Source: Flaccisagitta enflata (taxonomy: Eukaryota). Taken from it: DNA of 64,000 bases. Positions within the stretch are counted from its first letter, which is position 1, and each line of letters opens with the position of its first letter. The notes beneath the pieces were generated by a model that worked only from the letters and a program-made list of their open reading frames with translations, was not told the DNA's origin and did no database searches. Position numbers and translations under genes: made by a program. The stretch is from contig OZ231126.1 of assembly GCA_965153355.1 (NCBI GenBank), forward strand, positions 14,818,001 through 14,882,000, written 5' to 3'. Of this stretch, positions 1 through 11,916 are shown piece by piece.

Positions 1-60
1 AACTCGACGCCTCACCATGAACAAATCAAGGCCAACACCTCACAGTCGCGCGCGGTTGTT

Positions 61-303
61 AAGACCACAGGACCAAAAGACCAAAAGACTAAAAGACTTA
101 AAGACAAAAAGACCAAAAGAATAAAAGACTAAATGTAAATTGTCTTGAAATAACTTGAAATAACTTAAAATAACTTAAAATGACTTAAAATGACTTAAAA
201 TAACATAGAACAGTGAAAAAAAGCTAACAAAGGCTAAGCATGACAGACCGACCGACCGACCGACGGACAGAGCGGGTCATAGAGTCGCGTGCACGCGACT
301 AGA
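61..303 (-). mobile_element. Partial HINE/DINE-1-like non-autonomous Helentron (family A) with internal short tandem repeats
   Basis: Terminal 18-bp palindrome AGTCGCGTGCACGCGACT at 283-300, (GACC)n/(GGAC)n microsatellite, and tandem units such as TAACTTAAAA; same architecture as copies at 15642 and 24428. Confidence 0.55.
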
Positions 304-409
304 AATCTGTGTAATTCTCTAATTCTAGTAATTTCAGAATATCTTTTATGTTTTTCTAACTTAAAAAAAAAAAAAACTAATCCTTTTCAAACATGAAAAG
401 TCGATTTAA

Positions 410-625
<216 letters not shown>

Positions 626-964
626 CTTTTGATCCAGATGTTGATTCAAAAGATATATTCTTTTTCTTATGGGTACTTTCTTTGTCCTTTCTTCCTGATG
701 TTTTTATTTTGTTCTTTATCTCTTCCTCTATTTTAACGTTTTTAGTCTGGACCACGCAGCTCTACACCTGCGTGGCCGGTCGGTCAGTGAGTCGTCGGTA
801 GGTCCGTCATTTTTGAATTCCGAGCGGTTTTCGCATTTTGCTCTCTTAATAAATGTGCGACTGGATTGCCGTGTATCCGGGCTTGTTTTTCGCGTTTATC
901 GAAATTCGACATCAGGTCTGCCGGGACAGTCGTGACTACATGTTTCGTTTCATATTTTTATTAT

Positions 965-1020
<56 letters not shown>

Positions 1021-1361
1021 TCAAGCACACTAAAAGCACAGAAACAGACTTAGGAACGACATCGAATAACAAAGAAAAGGACAGACAAACATAAGAAATA
1101 TTGAGAAAAAAACAAACAAACAATAGGAACTGTAGGATTCAAACAATTTGACTTGTGTTGATATCAGTGCTACCGATAAGATACCTGAAGAAGAATGAAT
1201 GTCTAGCACCATTGGAAACAATACGATTCTACTTAAGTACGAAATCGTCATCCCACTTTTTTCCCCCATTTTTATTCTTCTTCCCGTTATTTCTTGAACG
1301 ATTTTTATTTTCTATTTTCTCCTTTTATGCATTAACCTTGAGAAATCTCTTACATCGAGTG

Positions 1362-1475
1362 ATGGCAGAGAATTTGAACGCCAGCGAGAATAAAGTGGGA
1401 TTTGATCCCAGCCAAATGTTTCTCGAGGAAATCCAACAAGAAGATCAGCTCAGAAGATTGGAAGCCGCCAAAAAA
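1362..1475 (+). CDS. PPP2R1A: PP2A scaffold A subunit-like (HEAT repeat), exon 1
   Basis: MAENLNASENKVGFDPSQMFLEEIQQEDQLRRLEAAKK resembles human [24 protein letters not shown]; donor gtacga at 1476, phase 0. Confidence 0.8.
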
Positions 1476-2033
1476 GTACGAACTCGTACTGACTACAAGC
1501 AACTCAATAAGGCTCTGGAATTTTTTATCCTTCGGTCCGTCTGTGCGTCCATCCACCTCTCCGTCTGTCAGTAAGTCGGTCTGTCAAAGTAAACCCTTTC
1601 GACACATTGGCGCATTGGCGCATTAAACATGCATCACATTTACAGCAAAGTTGGTAAAAGTCATATCCTCTCGTCAAAAACATGCGTTTTAGTGTGATTT
1701 TCTTACTTCTCGGTCGTGACGGCGCAGACGAAATATGAACGCACCGTTACTGTCGTCCATTGCATGACAAGGAAAATATCTTCCTTTTTTGTGTTTACTT
1801 TGGAAAATCATTGGACGATTAGATTCTTTTCCATTCATTCGGTAGATTCTCCCACTGGCACAGATCCGATTGTCATCTTAGGTCGTGATTTTGATAGGAA
1901 TCTGTAGAGTCTAAGACATTTTCGACCACAAATTTTGCCGTTAGTCGCGGCCACTTAATCAGTCAGTATGTCACTCAGTCGTTCAGTATAAATGTGGATC
2001 GATGAAACTGTAAGTGTACTACATATCATTTTT

Positions 2034-2210
2034 AGTCGCGTGCTACGCGACTCTACACCCTTTGTCCGGTCAGCCAATCCCGTCCGTCTGTCACACTTTA
2101 CTTTTTGGTTTTTGCGTTTTGCCTCACTGCTCCTGCCAAATCATTTGTTGACCTCAGTGCAGCCCTGCCCACCCGCACGACTGGGGAGTAGCCGTGTAAC
2201 AACCCTTGTT
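2034..2210 (+). mobile_element. Short HINE-like element (family A)
   Basis: 5' AGTCGCGTGCTACGCGACT after a T-run, GTCC microsatellite, 3' GCCCACCCGCACGACT..GTAGCCGTGTA..CTTGTT; matches the 8763 and 32019 copies. Confidence 0.55.
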
Positions 2211-3334
2211 TTTATTGAAGAATCAGATACGTAATTCAGCTTTTGAAGCAATGGGGAGAAATAAAAGTTTTTAATTTTGGTTTGATGATTTTTTAAAGTT
2301 GGGTATTTTTGGGCTGGGAGTATACATTTTTTTGATGATCATGGCCACTAAGAAGAAATATTTTCTCTTCAAATGGCATAACAGAATCTCTATGATTATT
2401 GGTTGCGGCGTTAATTTTGAATATTTTTGTTTTCCGCATTTTTGCAAGGATAAATATTTCGTGATCTGACCGCAGACCTATGTGACAGAAAATCGTCAAA
2501 GATATTTGCACAATCGACTCAGCTTTTATGGCGCTGGGCACGCGTTCTCAGTGTGGGCAAGACAGACGGGCAGACAGACAGACAGACAGACAGGCAGAAA
2601 GAAACAGAACTTACTTGCCAAACAAGCGAGACAAACAAATAAACAAACAAACAAAAGAACATACTGAGGACAAGGGGAACCAGGGAACACAAGCGAAGGG
2701 CAGTTGAATAGCAAAAACAGAAAAGAAAGCGATTGATAGGCGTCATGAGATGCACATACAGAAGAACATGCACTGAAAAAAAGAGTCTCCCACTTACGAC
2801 TTTTTCCGGTCGGCGATTAGCCGCCTTTATTGGTATAATACGATTTCTCTCAAGGAAGGCTTGGTCGTAGAATTAGGGCTGGTCCAATCGAGCAGTCACG
2901 GTCTTCTTACAAACGCTCCACTTGAATGTCAGGCTCCGTTTCATTCATCTTAATTCCAACCAAAAATTGAACAAGGCCGGATTCCGGACCTACAAGTAGT
3001 CGCTTGCGGGTGGACAGGGGCAGTAATGCGGGTGGGCAGGGGCAGTTACGTGGGTGGCAGGAGCTGTAATGGGGGCTTCGCAATTGCATGGGCAGTAATG
3101 CTTGGAAATCCCTATATCGGTCGATTTAGCATAACGAACAGACGGACAGTCGGATAAACGGACCGACCTACGGAGACACCCTCGCACGGACGTCATTTGA
3201 CGAATTTGACCCGTCTTTGCCATCTGTCTAATGTCTGTTAAAAAAATTAGTACATGATTCTGTACAGAGAGGCCTCGCAAGCTACAAACCAAGTAATTAA
3301 ATCATTTTATTGTGTGGTCGATCTTTCGAGTCAG

Positions 3335-3465
3335 GTTTTGGCGGTTGCGGCGGTTATTGGAGCCGAACGAACGTGCAGCGAGTTGCTCCCGGTTCTCAAT
3401 TCGGTCGTGGAAGAAGACGAAGAAGAAATACGACTCGAAATAGCTGCAGCACTAGGAAGGCTCGG
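3335..3465 (+). CDS. PPP2R1A: PP2A A subunit-like, exon 2
   Basis: VLAVAAVIGAERTCSELLPVLNSVVEEDEEEIRLEIAAALGRLG vs human [40 protein letters not shown]; cag/gtacgt boundaries, phase-compatible. Confidence 0.9.
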
Positions 3466-3526
3466 GTACGTCATGAGGGGAGAGAGAGAGAGAGAGAGAG
3501 AGAGAGGAACGGATTAGTTGATAGAC

Positions 3527-3584
<58 letters not shown>

Positions 3585-3674
3585 ATGGATAGAGAGATAT
3601 ATAGACATATATATAGACGAAGCGAAGATGACTTAACAGTATCTTCCAAAATTAATTTTCCATTCCAAACACAG

Positions 3675-3738
3675 ACCTTTGATAGGAGGACACGAAAACG
3701 CTTACGTTTTGATTCCCTTATTGGAAAAGCTTGCTAAG
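3675..3738 (+). CDS. PPP2R1A: PP2A A subunit-like, exon 3
   Basis: PLIGGHENAYVLIPLLEKLAK vs [20 protein letters not shown]; cag/gt boundaries. Confidence 0.88.
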
Positions 3739-3971
3739 GTGTTTACGAAGTACTATTTAGATTTTAGATATGTTATATATGACAGGAATAGCCATACTAA
3801 CACATCGCGGTACTCCGCATATTCGTACAAGCACACAATACGCATATTTTCACTACTCACCCCCACTGCATAAATCGCACTAGTCCCTCGCGATGACACA
3901 TTTGCAAAACTATGCTGCCATGCACATAGATACTAACTGGCCATACATTACCATTTTGTTGCCCAACGCAG

Positions 3972-4075
3972 GAAGAGGAGACGGTCGTGCGAGAGAAAGC
4001 CGTCGAGTCTTTGGGTTTCATTTTCAAACATTTGTCCAAGAAATCCGTTCACGATGAAGGTTTACCTCTGTTAAG
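3972..4075 (+). CDS. PPP2R1A: PP2A A subunit-like, exon 4
   Basis: EEETVVREKAVESLGFIFKHLSKKSVHDEGLPLLR vs VEETVVRDKAVESLRAIS; cag/gttcga boundaries. Confidence 0.92.
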
Positions 4076-4713
4076 GTTCGACTCGATAAAGCCGCAAAAC
4101 TAAGATTCGTCAGATTTAGTCAATCGAACACATGTTTTTCTTTAACTGCCCCCGAGTGCCCACAGTGCCCACACCCCCCCCCCGCATCCCCCTCAGCCTC
4201 ATTTTAAGTACACGCCAGACGGGATATCAATGGTATGCCGGTATATGACTAATTTGGAGGATGAGCGCTGAGCAGGTTCAATAAATTGCATTCAATAATT
4301 GAGAATGAGGGCAAGACAGACAGTCGTCCAGCTAAATTTTTGCGATGATTTAGTTCGTTAAATTGCATTTGGCAACTAGGAACGATTGCAATACAGGACC
4401 AGTCGTTAAACTAATTTTAACTATGGGCTGATTCGATAAATTGCATTTTCAGTAAATAGGAATATATTAAATTTAGTAATTTGAAAAAATTAGGAATAAA
4501 GTCAAGAACAGACAACTTGCTAATTCTAGCGATGAGCTGATTCGATGGACTGCGCTTGGCAATTAAATTCAAATCGCGCAAATAAAATAAAATAAACCAG
4601 TGACATAGAGGTCACAATATCGTTGCGGACGGGTGGGCAGGGGCATCCAACCCCCATCCACACCACAACCCACCCCGCGTTTTGTATACTTTTTGTGTAT
4701 GTTTGAGTGTTGG

Positions 4714-5307
4714 GGCACTGCTGAATCACATAAGGTTTGAGACAAGATTGATATTACTATGCGGTTTTTTACATTTTTGCAGAGTTCATAAGTATAGAAA
4801 CCGAGAACCATCAAGTAGAAAATCTTTCCTGAGAACGCTTTTTGAAAAATCAGAAAAGAATTACAGATTTTAACGTTATTTGCTGAAAGTGTTGGGTGAT
4901 TTGACCCGTTTTTGACAGTATGTCTTAATCCCTGATAAAATTAAATTCGTCGATAGATGCTTGCATAGCAGTTTTCTTAAGAAATGAAAAATTCATATTT
5001 TGGGCCACCGTTGTAATTTTATATCAGTGGCTTTAAAAATGAAAATTTTATTTTTTGTGAATGATATGGTGCGACCTATCAAATGAAAGGAATTCGTCCG
5101 AGATTATCATTAATAACTTTAATCGTCGATAAATTCATCAGCGCAGAAAAAATGGTGCGTGTCGCGAAATGGTAAAATGTTGATTTTCGTTCAGCGCCGA
5201 AGACATGTGCTTGATGTCTGATTTGTATACTCAAAAAGAACTGCAATGCAAAAAAACCGCGTAGTAATATCATTCTTGTCTCAAACCTTATGTGAGACAG
5301 CAGTGCC
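4714..5307. mobile_element. Foldback/MITE with long imperfect terminal inverted repeats
   Basis: GGCACTGCTG..CACATAAGGTTTGAGACAAG at left, inverted CTTGTCTCAAACCTTATGTG..CAGCAGTGCC at right; related to the 29539-30156 element. Confidence 0.75.
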
Positions 5308-6051
5308 AGGGTACGCCCCCCTTTTTCTTTTTTTTGACTGTCTAACTTCTTTCTGGTTTTTCAACTCGATGACCGCCGCCAACGGACGGACAAAGTCTCT
5401 TATAGAGTTGCGTGTCCGCAACTAAAAAGGAAGATTCAAAGTGAATCACGTCATCGATTAGCCAAATTCAAAATGCCTGCTGGGAGAAAGCCGTTACCCA
5501 GCAACGCACGCGCGGTCGCGCACCTGATCCAACCAAATGCGCATGAATTTACGCGCATGCCCGATTGAGAAATTTCTTAGTGTCTCATTGAGCGTTGCGT
5601 GTACACTGTACACATACAGCACGCGCGACAACAGTAGCATACCAATGAATATAGCCTCACAGTTATGGTATGATGAGTGGGTAATGGATAAATAGGATGA
5701 CACAGTTGAGCTTCACTAGAGCGCATCTCAAGGGACTGAGCAAAAATATGCTTTATAGTGAAACTGCCTTATTGCCAACAAAGAAATAACTACAAAATCT
5801 CCCATAAGGCAGTGGGTTGCATGCTGTATAAGCGGACACGCCTTTTTAGCGGATGCGCTCCAGCGAAGCTCCACTGTAATTGAAAGGTAAATCGCGTGAA
5901 GTGGGCTTCCACCGGGCAATCAAAATAAGCATAGATAGACTTTTCCATCAAAGCGTTTTTTTCCTTCGCCAGACCCGGGCAAAACATTCTTAAAAACATT
6001 CAATGTAGCTGGTTCATTAGCACCCCCCTCCCAACTATTCATTTTCAAAAG

Positions 6052-6177
6052 GCGGTTGATATCGGGTGAATGGTTTTCGGAGCGAATTTCCGCCGTGGGA
6101 CTGATGCCCCATCTTTATCCGTTAGTCGACACCAATCATCAATCAGAAATCAAGGAAGCTCTGTTCGCACTCTCCAA
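6052..6177 (+). CDS. PPP2R1A: PP2A A subunit-like, exon 5
   Basis: RLISGEWFSERISAVGLMPHLYPLV vs [25 protein letters not shown]; aag/gtatgt boundaries. Confidence 0.92.
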
Positions 6178-6180
6178 GTA

Positions 6181-6563
6181 TGTTGTTGTTGTTGTTGTTG
6201 TTGTTATTGTTATTGTTGTTATTTATTTATTTATTTGTTGTTGTTATTTATTGCTGTTATTTACAGTTGTTGTTGTTGTTGTTGTTATTATTTATTCTTG
6301 TTATTGTTATTGTTGTTGTAGTAGTTATTGTTGTTGTTGTTGTTGTTTGTTGTTGCTGTTGCTGTTGCTATTATTGTTGCTATTGTTGTTGTTTTTGTTG
6401 TTTTTGTTGTTGTTGTTGTTGTGTTGCTGTTTTTGTTGTTGTGGTTGTTATTTAAATTTGTTATTTATTTGTTATTTATTACATTGTTGTTATTAGTTAT
6501 TTATTATGTTATTGTTGTTATTGTTATTATTGTTATTGTTGTTATTGTTATTTATTATTTGTT

Positions 6564-6611
<48 letters not shown>

Positions 6612-6618
6612 ATTGTTA
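6181..6618. repeat. (GTT/ATT)n degenerate microsatellite filling most of intron 5
   Basis: Trinucleotide run starting inside the splice donor. Confidence 0.95.
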
Positions 6619-6661
6619 TGGAAGTCATGGAAGACTGAAGATTCGCTCTGACTCCCTTCAG

Positions 6662-6720
6662 AGATGATTATCCGATGGTGAGGAGCGCAGTGTCAAAGAC
6701 ATCTTCAGCCATGATTGCAG
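6662..6720 (+). CDS. PPP2R1A: PP2A A subunit-like, exon 6
   Basis: DDYPMVRSAVSKTSSAMIA vs DDTPMVRRAAASKLGEFAK; cag/gtgaaa boundaries. Confidence 0.9.
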
Positions 6721-7304
6721 GTGAAAGACGTTATAAAAACCTTATATAAAAAGAAGCAAAAAGAGATATAGATTAAACCAGAAATTACAATTGTAAGATG
6801 ATGCTCACTATAAATCCATTTACTAAAAGAATAGGAAATTTTTACCGTTTTTGTTGGGACGTTGGGAAGTTGTTGGGACATAGATCAAGGTTTACAGTCC
6901 CAAATTTTTAGTTATGGACGCGCAACTCTATACGAATCTTTGTCCGTCCGCCCATCAGTCGCTCCATAACGCACGAATCGAAAATTGGAAAAACGAGCGT
7001 TTAAGAGGTTTTTTTTTGGAGGGGGGGTTGAATGCCCCCGCCCACCCGTCCGCAACGATATTGTGACCCCACGTCACTTTTGTTGCTCTGCAAGGCCGCT
7101 GGTTGTCACTGATGGACATACACGGACGGATGAACGGTCAGACCTACCTGGCTTCAGAGCGCGAAGAGTGAGCCGGATCTCGTCCTGGAGAAAATTTACA
7201 ATTGCGTCAACAAACAAGATTCAAGATTTCAAGATTAATGAATTCTTATTTTTGTTTTTAACAAACACCCTTCCGCGAACTCCCACAACCCGTTTTCATG
7301 TCAG

Positions 7305-7450
7305 TGTTGGATCGGGAATGTCTAAAGCGGGAGATTTTGGACGTGTTGGGTCGATTTCTGACGGACGACTGCGAAGGCGCGAGATGCGGAGTCTTTGCTG
7401 CAATCGTAGCCATGATGACGAAGATCGACGCCGCCGCAGTCGAACAACTA

Positions 7451-7451
<1 letters not shown>
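7305..7451 (+). CDS. PPP2R1A: PP2A A subunit-like, exon 7
   Basis: VLDRECLKREILDVLGRFLTDDCEGARCGVFAAIVAMMTKIDAAAVEQL vs [29 protein letters not shown]; cag/gtgaga boundaries. Confidence 0.85.
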
Positions 7452-7515
<64 letters not shown>

Positions 7516-8430
7516 GTCATGCGCTTGGAGGTTTGGATCTGATTCTGGGAGGCAAAAACTTGGGTTTCAGAGGAAGCATGTCCCAACAGGCAGGCCTCTT
7601 GATTGTTATTTTCTGCCGACAAGCAAAATTTTCCCCCTGTACACTGCTGACTTAACTAGAGGGTGGGGGTCAGTGGATAATGAGGGGGTTTTCCTTTTCC
7701 CTGCAGATACCGCTGGTTACCTGACTTAGGCATGGCAACCGCCCACAAATCCCTGTCAAGTTACCGCCAGCTGTCACCGCCGCCTCGGCTTTCAAGCGAT
7801 AAAATCAGTAGCAAGAACGTCACATTTCGACGCTGTTTGATTTTTTCATTTGTTGAATCATCAATATCCATTTTTTGGTGGGTGGCTACATGAAACCCAT
7901 GATGATGTTGAGAATTTTTACATACATTTATGATTTTCCTTTTTTCAGTTCACAACATAAAGGACTAAGTTTTTAAAATATTTTCAATTCAAACTCACAG
8001 TGTTCCTAATCAACTAAGTTACACAAGAGCAGATATCATAAAACAATATGCAAATGATATCAGTGCTGACTGCAATTACCATCATTTCCATTTCGATCTT
8101 TTTCTGTTTCTTTTCTTGCTTCTCCCTACTCCCCTCTTTTCTTTTTCTTTTTCTTTTTCTTTTTCTTTTTCTTTTTCGTTTTCTTTTTCTTCTTCTCTTT
8201 CTTCTTCTTCTCTTTCTTCTATCATTGGGACCTGCCAACATCTCCCTTTCCCTGCCGAGAAGCGGCGCTGCTCGCTGCTCCAAAATCAAGAGGCCTGCCG
8301 ACAGGATGAAACGGACAGATAGATGACCTTTAGACCTTTAGATACTAGGTCCGACTTGCCGTGATCATTGTTCTTTTAGCCAGTTACCTCTTCAACGCTC
8401 TTACTTATGTTTCTTCTGGAAATTTATCAG

Positions 8431-8528
8431 TGGTGCCACTGGCGGCTCAGTGTGTGGCGGATAAATCGTGGAGAGTGCGTCAGACCGTAGCTCAAAATTT
8501 CCGTCAATTTCAAAAGAACTGCTCCAAG
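8431..8528 (+). CDS. PPP2R1A: PP2A A subunit-like, exon 8
   Basis: LVPLAAQCVADKSWRVRQTVAQNFRQFQK contains the hallmark DKSWRVR; cag/gtagct boundaries. Confidence 0.93.
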
Positions 8529-8762
8529 GTAGCTTTTTTTTAATCAATGGAGAAACAAAACAATCACTGAAACGTTGGTGAAGGCGGTTATCAAATACGA
8601 TATAAATCACTTAAAAAAACCAAAAGAGAAAAATCTGGGAAAATGTGAGAAGTATAGGAAATGTAAACTGTTAATACCGTGGAAACGTTTTGAGTCATAA
8701 CATGTAAGTTTTTAAGATGAAAACGGTTTTCTCTTTATTTAGAATTGTAAGAACTTGTTTTT

Positions 8763-8959
8763 AGTCGCGTGCTACGCGACTTTTCATCCCGCTTTGTTCG
8801 TCCGTCCGTCCGTCTGTCGGTCGGTCGGTCCGTCACATTTTACCTTATGTTTTTTGTTCTATAACCTCACTGCTACAACCCAACTTCCCAAACAATGACC
8901 TCTAATACGGCCCCGGCCCTTCCGCATGCGACTGTGGTAGCCGTGTATCCGGCCTTTGT
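8763..8959 (+). mobile_element. Short HINE-like element (family A)
   Basis: 5' palindrome, (GTCC)n/(GTCG)n, 3' GCATGCGACT..GTAGCCGTGTATCCGGCC. Confidence 0.55.
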
Positions 8960-9140
8960 CAACTCACTTCTGAGAATGGGGGAACCACTCTAGTCCGAAT
9001 CCGATTGTAAAAATGAGGCCAGTAAAGTCTCTATCCACTCAAGTCAGAATCGGACTTGAGTGGTTTGGTAACTCCTTCGGGTTCGGTCTGAGTGGTTCTC
9101 CCAGTGCAAGATCGGACTGGGTGGGGTATCTTTTACTACA

Positions 9141-9225
<85 letters not shown>

Positions 9226-9699
9226 CTTTCTCTGTCTGCTGTATATCCTTTCCTCCTTAAAACTCAGTAATAATTGGCAGGCTAGAAAAAAGGTAAGTTA
9301 ATGTCACGGATTGTGGTGGAGATTACTAAGCAACGATACTTCAGAACTAGACACTACATACACAAGATTTGACCATTGATTGTGATACCAATTATACGCT
9401 CATTGGACTACGATCCAGAGTGGCCAATGCTAATAAGAAAGAAAGAGAGAGGGAGGAAACGCTGTTTTTAAATACTTACGTCATCTTACCTGTTTCCAAT
9501 GCCCAAATCATGAATTATTCTTTTGTATCACTGCCCCAGCTGTTTTATCTTTAATTTCGGTGGCCCGATGTAATCTAAGGCCGGATACGAGGTTACTCAA
9601 GTGTCATGGGGTGGATTAAGAAGCAGTGATAGTCACTAGCCGTTATGGTCAGCAGTGCCCGGTACTAAATGAAATGTGTGTAGGAATGAGATTATGAGG

Positions 9700-10340
9700 A
9701 GGGACAGCGGCCCGGAGAGGCCAATGACCTATGATTCCATGGGCAATTTCACGGTTTGAAAGCTAGGTAAGGAGGGCGGGGCTGAGGAGGCCTGATTTTG
9801 AGTTTGAAGGTCTGATTTGCTGCAGATCTGAGAAGTAGTAATTTTGGGTCTGAAAGGGACTGATTTGGAGGCTGAGGGGTCTAATGTAGGGTCTGAAAGG
9901 GCCTGATTTGAGATGTGGGAGGCCTGATTCAGGATCTCAGAGGCCTGATGTGGAGTCAGAGAAGCCTGATTTGGGTCTGAGAGGCCTGATAGGAGGTCTG
10001 AGACGCTAGATTCGGGGTCTGAAAAACCTGATTTGAGGACTGAGAGACAAGCTTTGATGTCTAGAAGTCCTGAAATGTTAATTTAGGGACTGAGAGGCTT
10101 GATTTGGGGTCTGAAGGCCTGATTTGGGATCTGGGAGCCTGATTTAAGGTCTGCGAGCTTCATATTAGGTCAGAGGCCTGATTTCCAGTGATTTAGGATG
10201 AAAAGGTCTGTTTTGGGGTCCAAGGCCTGATTTGGGTTAAAGGGCTTCATTGCAGTCTGGGAGCTGAAGAGAGGGCGTGCGGGCCAGGCAGGGAGAAAGA
10301 ATTGCCCTATGTGGAATCATAGGTCATCGCGGCCCCAAGT
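9700..10340. mobile_element. HINE-like family B element with degenerate ~21-bp internal tandem repeats
   Basis: GGACAGCGGCCCCGGAGAGGCCAATGACCTATG at left, inverted CATAGGTCATCG..GGCCCC at right, internal (GGGTCTGAGAGGCCTGATTT)n. Confidence 0.55.
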
Positions 10341-11709
10341 GTCATACGGGTGGACAGAAGCAGTGATAAAAAAGGCTATCCAACCATTTTTGCAGGAACA
10401 GTATTGCAAAAACCGCCTGTAAAAGTCAAACACGGCCGGATATACGGCATTCCAGTCGCGGTTGGTTGGGCAGGAGTACTGATGCAAAAACCGTTCGGAA
10501 TTAAAAAACGTTACGAGGGAACGGACGGACGGACCTACCGACCGACCTAATGACAAACACGGCAAGCTGTAGAGTTGCGTGTCCATGACTAAAAACCTGA
10601 GCTCCACCAACGGACCGATGGACCAACCGATAGACCGACTAACGGACATAGCGGGTTATAGAGTTGCATGCAAGCGACTTAAACTTGTTGGTTGCAGTTA
10701 CTACGTCAAAATCAATGAATGACGTAGAATGACTGTGATTATATTGGCCTTATTGTCCCTGTTGATTACCAAGAATCCTCAACAGGTTACCCGTGTATGG
10801 CAACAATTGATTTGTTTGGCCGCAATATGCCAGGTCTAGTTATTGTTGTTGTTGTTGTTGTTGTTATTGTTGTTTATTTGTTGTTGTTTTTGTTATTTGT
10901 TGTTTATTTGTTATTGTTTATTTGTTGTTGTTGTTTATTGTTATTGTTGTTGTTGTTGTTGTTGTTGTTCATTCCTAAGATGTACACGTTTGATAGGCTG
11001 TCATGATGTTATCTGATGATTTAAATAGCCCAGTGGTGAAGGCCTCCATCCATCTGTAAGTCGCTCTGTATACGTCGTGGTGCAGAACAGCATCAAATTT
11101 GACAAATCGTTCTGTTCTGTGATGGAATACGCTGCTATGCAGCGAAATATAATAGCTAAAAACTTAAGTCATATGCATGTAGCCTCTAAATTAAGGTAAG
11201 CAGTTATTAACTGACCAATGGTATTGATCATACTGTCAGTAAAGTCATAACATACTTAGTGAAACAACAGAAAATTCTTTAATAAAGATTGCTGGAGAAA
11301 GTGAGATGTTGCCCATGAAAGAAACCGAATCTATCTCCTGATAAATTTTATGTTTCTAAACATGACCTGTTTCTTAAAGCGTTTAGACTGATTATATGTT
11401 TCAAAATGCAAAATTTTGAATTCAGAGACAGATTCAGTTTTCCTGTGAGGTATGTCAATGCACAGAATCAATTTTTATTAAAATCCATCAGTCTTTTCAT
11501 CCTTTTTTTCTCACATTTCCTAAGCATATGGTACAGAAAACGTTTTTCTATGCAAAAAATTGGTGATTGCAACCACCGTCAGCTTATCTCAATAAAAAAT
11601 CTTTGAATATATGAAAAAAAAATATCGTATAAATCGTTTTGACCTGTCAAATTTTGTATTCGTTTGCACTGTGACATACAATGTTTTTTTCCCCGAATTC
11701 CTGGTCATA

Positions 11710-11824
11710 TGACGACATCGACGACGACGACAACGACGACGACAATTACAACGACAACGACGACGACAATTACAACGACGACGACCATAATGATGATGAT
11801 TATGACGATGATGACGATGATGAC

Positions 11825-11869
<45 letters not shown>

Positions 11870-11877
11870 ATTGATAT

Positions 11878-11913
<36 letters not shown>
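11710..11913. repeat. (GAC)n/(GAT)n microsatellite
   Basis: Trinucleotide runs. Confidence 0.95.
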
Positions 11914-11916
<3 letters not shown>
